A DNA stretch of 32,000 bases from Candidatus Saccharimonadota bacterium (lineage in GTDB: Bacteria; Patescibacteriota; Gracilibacteria; UBA4473), in the NCBI GenBank assembly GCA_020632335.1, contig JACKFV010000001.1, positions 570,001-602,000 of the forward strand, read 5' to 3'. A model generated the notes under the pieces. The model saw nothing but the letters and a program-made list of their open reading frames with translations. It had not been told where the DNA came from and did not search any database. Numbering within the stretch: the stretch's first letter is position 1; every line of letters starts with the position of its first letter. A program made the position numbers and the translations under genes. Below are positions 8,642-15,551 of this stretch, one piece after another.

Positions 8642-9670
8642 CTAGAGTACTTCCCAGTAGCTCACGCTGGCGATGAGGGCCTGCCCGTGGGCTTGTGGGT
8701 GGGTGTCGTCGCTCAGCACCAGGGTATTCTCCCCACGCTGTAGTGCCGGGAAGCCGCTACTCTGCGGGTGGAGGAGCTCTGGCCGCGGCGTACCATTGAG
8801 CAGTACGGTGCCGGTATCCCCCAGGATGCTGAGGGTGTCGGTGGGGCCCATGGCGTGCTGGAGCTGCACAAAGTCTCCACTCTCCAGGTGGCTTATGGTC
8901 AGGTGCCCGCCTACACTGTAGCTATGCTGGTAGCCAGGGGCGTGCGGCGGGAGGCTCTGGGGGCAGACCCATGTGGGGTCTACGGTGATGGTGATACTGA
9001 GAGGTAAGCGGAGGGCACTGCTGCAGTGCTCTATGGTGATGGTGAGCGGATTCCAGACGTCGCTATACTGCGCGACGGAGAGAGGGCGCGGCTGCCCAGT
9101 ATCCTCGGCCGAGAGCTGCAAACCGCCTACAGAGCCCTCACGCAGGGTAGTGGTGATGGGGTTTTCTCCCACATATATAGCGGGGTTACAGGTGCTCAGC
9201 GTCACCGAGAAGGGCGTCAGACAGGGGGTCAGCTGGTCGATGACGGGGAGGAAATCCTGCACCCGGGCCTGGCAGTGGAGGTGCCTGCCGCGGTGGTCCT
9301 CCCACTGGAGCGTACGGGTGCCGTCATCCAACAGAGAGGGCACTGCCACCACTGAGAAGAGCGCATGCAGGTGCGCCATGCCAGCCTCTTGCCCCTGGGG
9401 GTCGTGGCTGCGTAGCTGGCCGTGGAGGGTGATGGTACGCTCGGCCAATGACGCAGGGCCAAAGTGACTCCCGTGCGTGAGCAGCGCGTCGCTCCCGGGG
9501 GTGTGGAGGTGCACGCGGTGGGGGTCAAACCCCGTGAGCGCAATGGCATAGCTGCCCTCTTCTCTGGTAATAAAGGCCTCGGTGCTGGTGTTGCAGGGGC
9601 TGTCTCCTTCTACTGTGCAGGGGGTCTGGAGGAGCTGCCCGTCAAATCGAAGCGAAGAGAGAAGGTACAT
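8642..9670 (-). CDS. Phage distal tail protein (Dit / Sipho_tail family)-like protein
   Basis: 342 aa. The N-domain pattern RTITLHGQLRS....HLHALFSV...TLQWEDHRGRHLHCQARV....PFSVTLSTCNPAIY matches the consensus layout of siphovirus tail-component proteins as I remember it. The C-terminal half LTISHLESGDFVQL...TLSILGDTGTVLLNGTP...FPALQRGENTLVLS resembles the second Dit domain. No search was run. Confidence 0.55.
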   Translation of the reverse strand: MYLLSSLRFDGQLLQTPCTVEGDSPCNTSTEAFITREEGSYAIALTGFDPHRVHLHTPGSDALLTHGSHFGPASLAERTITLHGQLRSHDPQGQEAGMAHLHALFSVVAVPSLLDDGTRTLQWEDHRGRHLHCQARVQDFLPVIDQLTPCLTPFSVTLSTCNPAIYVGENPITTTLREGSVGGLQLSAEDTGQPRPLSVAQYSDVWNPLTITIEHCSSALRLPLSITITVDPTWVCPQSLPPHAPGYQHSYSVGGHLTISHLESGDFVQLQHAMGPTDTLSILGDTGTVLLNGTPRPELLHPQSSGFPALQRGENTLVLSDDTHPQAHGQALIASVSYWEVL

Positions 9671-9690
9671 AGCGCGGAGAAAGTGCTACC

Positions 9691-9696
9691 AGTATA
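9691..9696 (-). promoter_or_regulatory. -10-like TATACT box upstream of the Dit-like gene (no clear -35)
   Basis: TATACT, then 20 nt, then ATG at 9670. Confidence 0.3.
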
Positions 9697-9797
9697 GTCT
9701 GGCGGGGATGGAGAACCTCACTTTTTCCTTAATGGAAATGATAATAATAAAAAGTCAAGAGGGAATGCGCTTGCTCTTTTATTTGCAGCATTTTGAT

Positions 9798-9825
9798 TTG
9801 ACACAGCCTATGGCGCCAATACTAT
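9798..9825 (+). promoter_or_regulatory. infA / ribosomal operon promoter
   Basis: TTGACA-N16-TACTAT, with a 26-nt leader to ATG 9852. Confidence 0.55.
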
Positions 9826-9851
9826 CGCGGGGCTTTTACATCTAAACGTGT

Positions 9852-10154
9852 ATGCCTTCTCATGACAATAATGTTCGGGTCCACGGTGAGGTCCTCAGAC
9901 CCTGTGGCTCCGGGCAATATGACGTCAGGCTCACCGGGCGGCAGATCATCGGGAATCGGGTAACCGACGACATCGTAGATGAGCTGCTGGTGGGGTATGA
10001 GATTAAGGCGTCTCCGGCAGGCAAACTCTCGGTCTACAACATCAAGATCGTGGAGGGTGATGAGGTCATTGTGGCGCTCAGCCCGGAAAATATCGCGTTT
10101 GGACGTATTGTGCGCCGTCTGCGGACAGATGACCACTCCTCCCACCGTAACTAA
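9852..10154 (+). CDS. infA: Translation initiation factor IF-1 with an internal insertion and C-terminal tail
   Basis: 100 aa. It aligns by eye to E. coli IF-1 (VRVHGEVLRP..YDVRL and KLSVYNIKIVEGDEVIVALSPENIAFGRIVRRL). About 18 extra residues, RQIIGNRVTDDIVDELLV, sit in the loop after beta-2. It occupies the first position of the rpmJ-rpsM operon. Confidence 0.85.
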   Translation: MPSHDNNVRVHGEVLRPCGSGQYDVRLTGRQIIGNRVTDDIVDELLVGYEIKASPAGKLSVYNIKIVEGDEVIVALSPENIAFGRIVRRLRTDDHSSHRN

Positions 10155-10160
10155 TCTCTT

Positions 10161-10334
10161 ATGAAAGTTCGTGCCTCAGTAAAGCCGGTATGTAAGCACT
10201 GCTACATCGTACGACGTGGCGGGCGGGTGTTTAACTTCTGCAGTGACCCGCGCAATGCCGGGCGGCACAAACAAGCCCAGAAGCGCGGTGTGCGCCTCAC
10301 CCCTAAGTTCCAGACCTACCGAACCACTGCTTAA
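10161..10334 (+). CDS. rpmJ: Ribosomal protein L36 (with C-terminal extension)
   Basis: Below the ORF-track size cutoff; my own translation is [57 protein letters not shown]. The first roughly 43 aa match the L36 zinc-ribbon pattern. Confidence 0.85.
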   Translation: MKVRASVKPVCKHCYIVRRGGRVFNFCSDPRNAGRHKQAQKRGVRLTPKFQTYRTTA

Positions 10335-10344
10335 TTCTCTCCTT

Positions 10345-10716
10345 ATGCGTATTGCTGGCACGCTCATCCCTACCGAAAAGCGCCTCATCATTGCCCTCAC
10401 TTATGTGCATGGCATTGGGCCCAAACTCTCTGCGGACGTCTGCACCGCCACGGGCATAGACCCCAGCACGCGCGTGAAGGACCTCACGCCTGAGCAGCAA
10501 GACGCCATACTGGACGCCGTACAGGGCTATACACTGGAGTCTGACCTGCGCCGAGAACTTTCTCAGGATATCAAACGCCTGCAAGACATCGGTAGCTACC
10601 GTGGGTATCGGCATCGTCGTCGGCTGCCAGTGCGTGGTCAGCGGACGAAAACCAACGCCCGTACGCGTAAAGGGCGTGGTGCGGCCATCGCTGGTAAGAA
10701 GAAAGTCACCAAGTAA
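10345..10716 (+). CDS. rpsM: Ribosomal protein S13
   Basis: Internal start [26 protein letters not shown]... ends in ...[14 protein letters not shown]. The track ORF from 10216 overlaps rpmJ and is an artefactual extension. Confidence 0.95.
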   Translation: MRIAGTLIPTEKRLIIALTYVHGIGPKLSADVCTATGIDPSTRVKDLTPEQQDAILDAVQGYTLESDLRRELSQDIKRLQDIGSYRGYRHRRRLPVRGQRTKTNARTRKGRGAAIAGKKKVTK

Positions 10717-10728
10717 CCCCTCCCTCCT

Positions 10729-11109
10729 ATGGCAGAAGTGAAGAAAAAACGAGTCAAGAAGCAGTTCCAGGACGGCGTTGTGGCCGTGTGTGCTGCGTAC
10801 AATAACACCATTGTGACGCTCTCAGACCCCGACGGCAACGTGCTGGGGTGGGCCAGCCCCGGGCGTATGGGGTTCAAGGGGGCTCGCCAAGCAACGCCCT
10901 ACGCCGCGCAGGTGAGTGGGGAGAACGTGGCCGAACAGGCCCAGACCTATGGCATGACGAGCGTTAAAGTGGTGATCAAGGGCCCCGGCCCAGGGCGTGA
11001 GCAAGCCGTGCGTGGCCTCATTAATGGGGGCCTGGATATTTCTCAGATTATTGACCGGACGCGCCTGCCACATGGTGGTTGCCGCGTACGACGCCAGCGC
11101 AAAGTATAA
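10729..11109 (+). CDS. rpsK: Ribosomal protein S11
   Basis: 126 aa. Contains NNTIVTLSDPDGNVLGWAS.G..GFKGARQATPYAAQ and a C-terminal PHGGCR.RR.RKV. Confidence 0.95.
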   Translation: MAEVKKKRVKKQFQDGVVAVCAAYNNTIVTLSDPDGNVLGWASPGRMGFKGARQATPYAAQVSGENVAEQAQTYGMTSVKVVIKGPGPGREQAVRGLINGGLDISQIIDRTRLPHGGCRVRRQRKV

Positions 11110-11121
11110 CCTCTCTTTCTT

Positions 11122-11736
11122 ATGCGATACACCGGACCCAAAGCCCGACTCTGCCGACGTGAGAAGCAAAACCTCTTCTCTTCACCCAAGTATGCCAAGA
11201 TCATGGCCAAGCGTAGCCCCCGCCTGGGTATGCACGGCGACAAACGCCCGGGCAAGATGAGCGAGTTTGCTCGTCAGCTGCGCGAAAAACAAAAGGGCCG
11301 CTACATGTATGGCCTGAGCGAAAAACAGTTCAAGAAGTACTACTCGCAGGCTACCCGTATGCACGGGGTGACGGGCGAGGAAATGTTCAAGCTAATGGAG
11401 CGCCGGCTGGATAATGCTATCTTCCGCGCTGGCCTGGCGATGACGCGTATGCAGTCGCGGCAGTTTGCGTCTCATGGACTCTTTACGGTCAATGGCCGAC
11501 GGGTGGACGTGCCCAGCTACCAGCTGCGTGAGGGCGACGTGGTGGAGGTCCGCCAGGCCAAGAAGGACAGCCCTATCTTCCGGCAGATCCGCGAAGAGCT
11601 GGAGAACTACACCCCACCTAGCTGGCTGCAGGTAGATACCCGCAAGCTCTCTTTCACGGTGACGGCCCTGCCCGACGCCGACCATATCGACACCGTCATT
11701 GACAACCAACTCATCGTGGAGTTCTACTCTCGATAG
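11122..11736 (+). CDS. rpsD: Ribosomal protein S4
   Basis: 204 aa. The N-terminus MRYTGPKARLCRRE and the S4 RNA-binding domain GLFTVNGRRVDVPSYQLREGDVVEV are recognisable. Confidence 0.95.
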   Translation: MRYTGPKARLCRREKQNLFSSPKYAKIMAKRSPRLGMHGDKRPGKMSEFARQLREKQKGRYMYGLSEKQFKKYYSQATRMHGVTGEEMFKLMERRLDNAIFRAGLAMTRMQSRQFASHGLFTVNGRRVDVPSYQLREGDVVEVRQAKKDSPIFRQIREELENYTPPSWLQVDTRKLSFTVTALPDADHIDTVIDNQLIVEFYSR

Positions 11737-11790
11737 TCCTGTGCGTGGGGTCTTTCTTCTTTACACACACTTTCTCTAGTCCTCCTCCAG

Positions 11791-12792
11791 ATGCACATTA
11801 TCCACGAAACCATTGGCGCGCCTCATCTGAAGCTTAAAGCAAAAAATAAGGAGGCCGCGAGTATCGAAATGCATCCGCTGCCACAGGGCTTTGGGAATAC
11901 CATTGGGAATGCCATGCGCCGTGTGCTCTACAGCAGCCTGCCAGGTACCGCCGTGACGGCCTACAAGATAGAGGGCAAGACTCACGAGTACGACACGCTC
12001 GAGGGGGTGAAGGAAACGCTCTTTGATATTGGCCTGAATCTCCGCTCTCTCCGGCTGCGCAAGAATAGTAAGGGCAGCGCTGAGCTGGAGGTGAAGCTGA
12101 CGAAGACAGGCGTAGTGACGGCAGCAGACATCAAGACAACGTCTGACGTGGAGATCCTCGACCCGACGCAAGTCATCATGACCTGTGACGGGCTGAGCAC
12201 CAAGCAGAAAATGTTCATCCGTGTGGAGAAGGGCGTGGGGTCTCGTATGACTTCTACTGAGCTCAGCCGCGAAGAAGACGACCCCGAGTACATCCTACTG
12301 GACGCGATATTCTCGCCGCTGACGCAGGTTTCCTACACCGTGGAGCCTGCCCGGGTGGGCGACCAGACGAACCTCGATAAGCTGGTGCTGTCGCTGGAGA
12401 CCAACGGTTCCATCACCGCGGAGGACGCCATTGGCTTTGCCGCGCAGGTGCTGGAGAGTTATTTTTCTCTCTTCCGCAATGAAGCCGCGTATAGCGATGA
12501 TGACTTCACTACCAGCTTTGACGAGTTGAAGAAGCAGCGTGAAGCCGAGGAACTGGCTGCTAGCCAGGCCGCGGAGACCAGTTTCACGCCGATAGACATT
12601 CTCGGGCTTAGCCAGCGCACGCTCAATGCCCTGGTGAATGGCGGGGTCACCAGCGTCGAGCAGCTCACCAGTATGACCATGACACAGCTCATGCAGCTCA
12701 GAGGCTTTGGCCAAAAAGCCAAGGTAGAACTGGACGAAGTGCTGGGGGCTCGTGGCTATGCCCTGGGGAAGCGCCCGTCGAAGAACGCCTAA
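11791..12792 (+). CDS. rpoA: DNA-directed RNA polymerase alpha subunit
   Basis: 333 aa. The N-terminal domain has GFGNTIGNAMRRVLYSSLPGTAVTAYKIEG. The C-terminal domain has LGLSQRTLNALVNGGVTSVEQL. Confidence 0.95.
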   Translation: MHIIHETIGAPHLKLKAKNKEAASIEMHPLPQGFGNTIGNAMRRVLYSSLPGTAVTAYKIEGKTHEYDTLEGVKETLFDIGLNLRSLRLRKNSKGSAELEVKLTKTGVVTAADIKTTSDVEILDPTQVIMTCDGLSTKQKMFIRVEKGVGSRMTSTELSREEDDPEYILLDAIFSPLTQVSYTVEPARVGDQTNLDKLVLSLETNGSITAEDAIGFAAQVLESYFSLFRNEAAYSDDDFTTSFDELKKQREAEELAASQAAETSFTPIDILGLSQRTLNALVNGGVTSVEQLTSMTMTQLMQLRGFGQKAKVELDEVLGARGYALGKRPSKNA

Positions 12793-12867
12793 ATCCCCTT
12801 TACAACTGAAGATTTATTGGTAGATATACACCGCATTGATACCCTCCCTTCCTAATTTGCCCGCGCT

Positions 12868-13221
12868 ATGCGACACAGAGTCCAGAAGATCAAGCTCAAT
12901 AAACCACGAGATCACCGCTATGCGATGGTGCGAAACCTGCTGACAAGCCTCTTTGCCGAAGGGCAGATCAAGACCACCGATGCCAAGGCTACGGTCGTGA
13001 AGGCCGAGGCCGAGAAGCTCATCACCGCGGTGCGACGCAGTAGCGATGCGCATAATAAGATCCGTACCCTGCAGCAGACCCTCTATACCGAGGACGCGCA
13101 GCGAAGGGCTATGGACTACATTGCTATCGCGCCGCAGAGTGGTGCAGTGCGCTGCACGAAGTGTGGTCATCGGGCGGGCGACAGCGCGCTGCTCTCGCAT
13201 GTAGAACTCATTAACGCCTAA
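12868..13221 (+). CDS. rplQ: Ribosomal protein L17
   Basis: 117 aa. MRHRVQKIKLNKPRDHRYAMVRNLLTSLFAEGQIKTT is a typical L17 N-terminus. Confidence 0.9.
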   Translation: MRHRVQKIKLNKPRDHRYAMVRNLLTSLFAEGQIKTTDAKATVVKAEAEKLITAVRRSSDAHNKIRTLQQTLYTEDAQRRAMDYIAIAPQSGAVRCTKCGHRAGDSALLSHVELINA

Positions 13222-13225
13222 GCCC

Positions 13226-13669
13226 ATGATGTCGAAAACTACCCTCCGACAGAACGTCACCGCCGCAGACCGAGCCTGGTTTGTAATAGATGCCAACGGG
13301 CAGAACCTGGGGAAAGTGGCCGTGCTGGCTGCTACTCACCTGCGGGGACGTCACCGGGCTGACTATACCCCCCATGTAGACGGCGGCGACAATGTGGTTA
13401 TCCTCAACGCCGAGCGTGTGGCCGTGAGTGGGGATAAGGAGATCACCAAGCTCTACCGTACCCACAGCCGCTACATCGGGAATATGAAGACCCAGACCCT
13501 GCAAGAGGTGCGGGCTAAGACCCCTGAGCGGATCTTGGAGATGGCCGTGAAGGGCATGCTCCCGAAAAACAAACTGCGCCCCGAGCAACTCCGTCGCCTG
13601 AAAATCGTGGTGGGGAGCGAGAATCCTCATGCCGGGCAGCAACCCACCGTACTGACCGTTACTTACTAA
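13226..13669 (+). CDS. rplM: Ribosomal protein L13
   Basis: 147 aa. Contains RAWFVIDANGQNLGKVAVLAATHLRGRH and MLPKNKL. Confidence 0.95.
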   Translation: MMSKTTLRQNVTAADRAWFVIDANGQNLGKVAVLAATHLRGRHRADYTPHVDGGDNVVILNAERVAVSGDKEITKLYRTHSRYIGNMKTQTLQEVRAKTPERILEMAVKGMLPKNKLRPEQLRRLKIVVGSENPHAGQQPTVLTVTY

Positions 13670-13679
13670 ATCTTTTTCT

Positions 13680-14078
13680 ATGGCAAAAGGCGCCTACTAC
13701 TACGCTATCGGACGACGCAAAACCGCACGGGCCACCGTCAGGCTCTACCCTTCTGGCAAGGGCGACATGACGGTCAATGGCGTGCCGCTGCGCCAGTGGG
13801 CTGACACTCGTGGGCACCAGCTGCTGAGCCAGCAGGCACTGGAGGTCCTGGGCCGCAAAGCCGACTATGACGTAGAAGTACGCGTGAGTGGCGGGGGCAA
13901 GATGGCACAGGCTGACAGCATTCGCCTGGGTATTGCCCGCGCGCTGTATAAGAGTGACCAGACGCTGAAGCCGCAGCTCAAGGCCGAGAGTCTGCTCACC
14001 CGGGATCCTCGGAGTAAAGAGCGGAAAAAACCAGGGCTCAAGAGGGCTCGTCGGGCACCACAGTTCTCCAAACGTTAG
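13680..14078 (+). CDS. rpsI: Ribosomal protein S9
   Basis: 132 aa. The C-terminus TRDPRSKERKKPGLKRARRAPQFSKR is the S9 signature. Confidence 0.95.
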   Translation: MAKGAYYYAIGRRKTARATVRLYPSGKGDMTVNGVPLRQWADTRGHQLLSQQALEVLGRKADYDVEVRVSGGGKMAQADSIRLGIARALYKSDQTLKPQLKAESLLTRDPRSKERKKPGLKRARRAPQFSKR

Positions 14079-14108
14079 GAGAGCGGTGCTATTGGTTACC
14101 TCGAGAAG

Positions 14109-14136
14109 AAGCCTCACTATGCTGTGGGGCTTTTTT
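14109..14136 (+). terminator. Intrinsic terminator of the ribosomal operon (after rpsI)
   Basis: The stem aagcctcac / gtggggctt has 9 bp including one G-U, with a 6-nt loop tatgct. It is followed by tttttt, 31 nt after the rpsI stop. Confidence 0.75.
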
Positions 14137-14167
14137 CGTATGGGACTAGAAAAGAAAAAATAGAGAC

Positions 14168-14205
14168 AAAAAAAAGCGCTTTCTATATTCTTATGCAGAA
14201 AGCGC
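14168..14205 (-). terminator. Intrinsic terminator (minus strand) ending the candidate sRNA
   Basis: Perfect 9-bp stem gcgctttct/agaaagcgc with a 12-nt loop. An A8 run on the plus strand gives U8 on the minus strand. Confidence 0.75.
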
Positions 14206-14417
14206 ATTAGAAGAATGGATCAGTTGGCGACCTACTACTCAAAGTACATAGCGACTGAACCAATTCTTCTGATACTACCTACACCGGGTATGGGCAGTAT
14301 GAGAAGAACTCCTCCAGCAACGTGCATTACTCACGCAAGACAGTGCCTTACTGATACCTTAATGAACATTGCCGGGTAGCTGACAGCTATGGAGTCCATG
14401 CTCAGCTACACACTTGC
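14168..14417 (-). ncRNA. Candidate ~250-nt structured sRNA (promoter- and terminator-bounded, AT-rich island after rpsI/tagA-like)
   Basis: Minus-strand TTGACA-N17-TATAAA at 14452..14424. The predicted RNA starts with an 8-bp hairpin GUAGCUGA/UCAGCUAC and contains CUGGAGGAG. Three mutually complementary UUCUUCU/AGAAGAA segments are present. It ends in a perfect 9-bp hairpin GCGCUUUCU/AGAAAGCGC followed by U8 (14205..14168). Only ORFs of 30 aa or fewer occur on this strand. Confidence 0.45.
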
Positions 14418-14423
14418 TCTCTC

Positions 14424-14452
14424 TTTATATTCGCTTTGACGGTGCGTGTCAA
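14424..14452 (-). promoter_or_regulatory. Near-consensus promoter of candidate sRNA (overlaps the stop codon of the tagA-like gene)
   Basis: TTGACA-N17-TATAAA. The TGA stop at 14451..14449 lies inside the -35 hexamer. Confidence 0.6.
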
Positions 14453-15195
14453 GTATTTTTTTGTAGCTTTTCTCGGAGGGAGAGTAGCGGGAAGCGAATA
14501 ACGGCATTGACGATGCGTTGCCAGCGGTGGGGCTGCTGGTAGAGGCGATAGAGCCACTCCAGGCCGAGGGATTGGAGGGCTTGTGGAGCGCGAGGTATGG
14601 CCCCTGCCCAGAAGTCCACCGTACCGCCAAAGCCCCCCGCTATGCGCAGAGAGGGGCAACGCGAGAGGTAGTCTAGGCAGCGGAGGTGCTGTGCGGGTGT
14701 GGGGTAGCAGACCAGCAGTACGTCGGGTGCCAGAGCGATGATATCCTCATAGACGGTGTTCCTGTCTCCTCCACGGTGCCCCACAATGCGCAGAGAGGGG
14801 TAGCGCTCCTGCAGCGCCTGTACCGCGCGTGCGTTGACGTCTTCCGCTCCACCGAGGAGATAGAGGCTGCGGCCGGTTTGCTCGGCTGTGTGGCAGAGCA
14901 TCTCAGCCACCTCTACCCCCGGGATGCGCTCGATGCGCGTGCCAGAGAGCGACCAGGCGAGGTATTGTATCCCCGCGCCATCGCAGATGTTGCACCACGA
15001 CTGCTGCAGTATGGCCTTAAATGCCGTGTCCTCAGTACTGCGGACGAGAAACTCGGGGTTGAGGGTAATGAGGTGCCGGGCATGTGGGTCCTGGGGGATG
15101 GTGGGGCTGGTGAGCCGCTGGGTGAGCGCTTCTTGCAGCTGGGCCCTGCTATAGCGGTGCACGGGGACGCCGAGAATGGCCAGAGTACGGGGCAT
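14449..15195 (-). CDS. WecB/TagA/CpsF-family glycosyltransferase (ManNAc-transferase-like, wall-polymer linkage unit)
   Basis: 248 aa. Contains ILGVPV, LNPEF, DGAGI, ERIPGVEV and GGFGGTVDFWAGAIPRAPQALQSLGLEWLYRLYQQPHRW, the family signature as I remember it. Confidence 0.85.
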   Translation of the reverse strand: MPRTLAILGVPVHRYSRAQLQEALTQRLTSPTIPQDPHARHLITLNPEFLVRSTEDTAFKAILQQSWCNICDGAGIQYLAWSLSGTRIERIPGVEVAEMLCHTAEQTGRSLYLLGGAEDVNARAVQALQERYPSLRIVGHRGGDRNTVYEDIIALAPDVLLVCYPTPAQHLRCLDYLSRCPSLRIAGGFGGTVDFWAGAIPRAPQALQSLGLEWLYRLYQQPHRWQRIVNAVIRFPLLSLREKLQKNT

Positions 15196-15201
15196 GGTGT
15201 T

Positions 15202-15229
15202 AGTCTAGCGCTCTGCTGGGTTCTGGCTA
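15202..15229 (-). promoter_or_regulatory. Leaderless-type promoter of the tagA-like gene
   Basis: TAGCCA-N16-TAGACT, then 6 nt, then ATG at 15195. Confidence 0.5.
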
Positions 15230-15233
15230 GAGT
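15228..15233 (+). promoter_or_regulatory. -10 box of a leaderless-type promoter for the RNHCP gene
   Basis: TAGAGT, then 6 nt (ggggct), then ATG at 15240. It overlaps the -35 of the divergent promoter. Confidence 0.35.
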
Positions 15234-15239
15234 GGGGCT

Positions 15240-15551
15240 ATGAGCCAGCGGTTTCTTGTCCGGAATGAGGGGTTTACCTGCGTTATGTGCGGCGCGGAGA
15301 ACGGCCCAGCGGTGGGCACCTGCCGTGACCACTGCACGGAGTGTCTGGTGAGCCTGCATGTGGATCTCTCGCCTGGGGACCGTGCCAACCCCTGCCGGGG
15401 CATCCTGCAGCCCATAGGGGTGACCTGGCGAGGGGGGAGTATGGAGAGAATCCGCTACCAGTGCCAGCGCTGCCGGGCATTGCACGTTAACCGCATTGCG
15501 GAGGATGACTGCCGGCAGGCACTGCTGGCGCTGGCGGTGGAGCAGGGTTAG
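15240..15551 (+). CDS. RNHCP domain protein (Cys-rich zinc-ribbon-like)
   Basis: 103 aa. FTCVMCG....CRDHCTECLVSLHVDLSPGDRANPCRGILQP matches the RNHCP-domain layout (RNHCP replaced by RDHCT). Confidence 0.7.
   Translation: MSQRFLVRNEGFTCVMCGAENGPAVGTCRDHCTECLVSLHVDLSPGDRANPCRGILQPIGVTWRGGSMERIRYQCQRCRALHVNRIAEDDCRQALLALAVEQG

Noticed and set aside
14215-14379. 54-aa plus-strand ORF (MDQLATYYSKYIATEPILLILPTPGMGS...) inside the sRNA candidate locus.
   Set aside because: It lies downstream of the rpsI terminator with no plus-strand promoter or terminator. The signals on the opposite strand are near-consensus. It is kept as an alternative in the finding.
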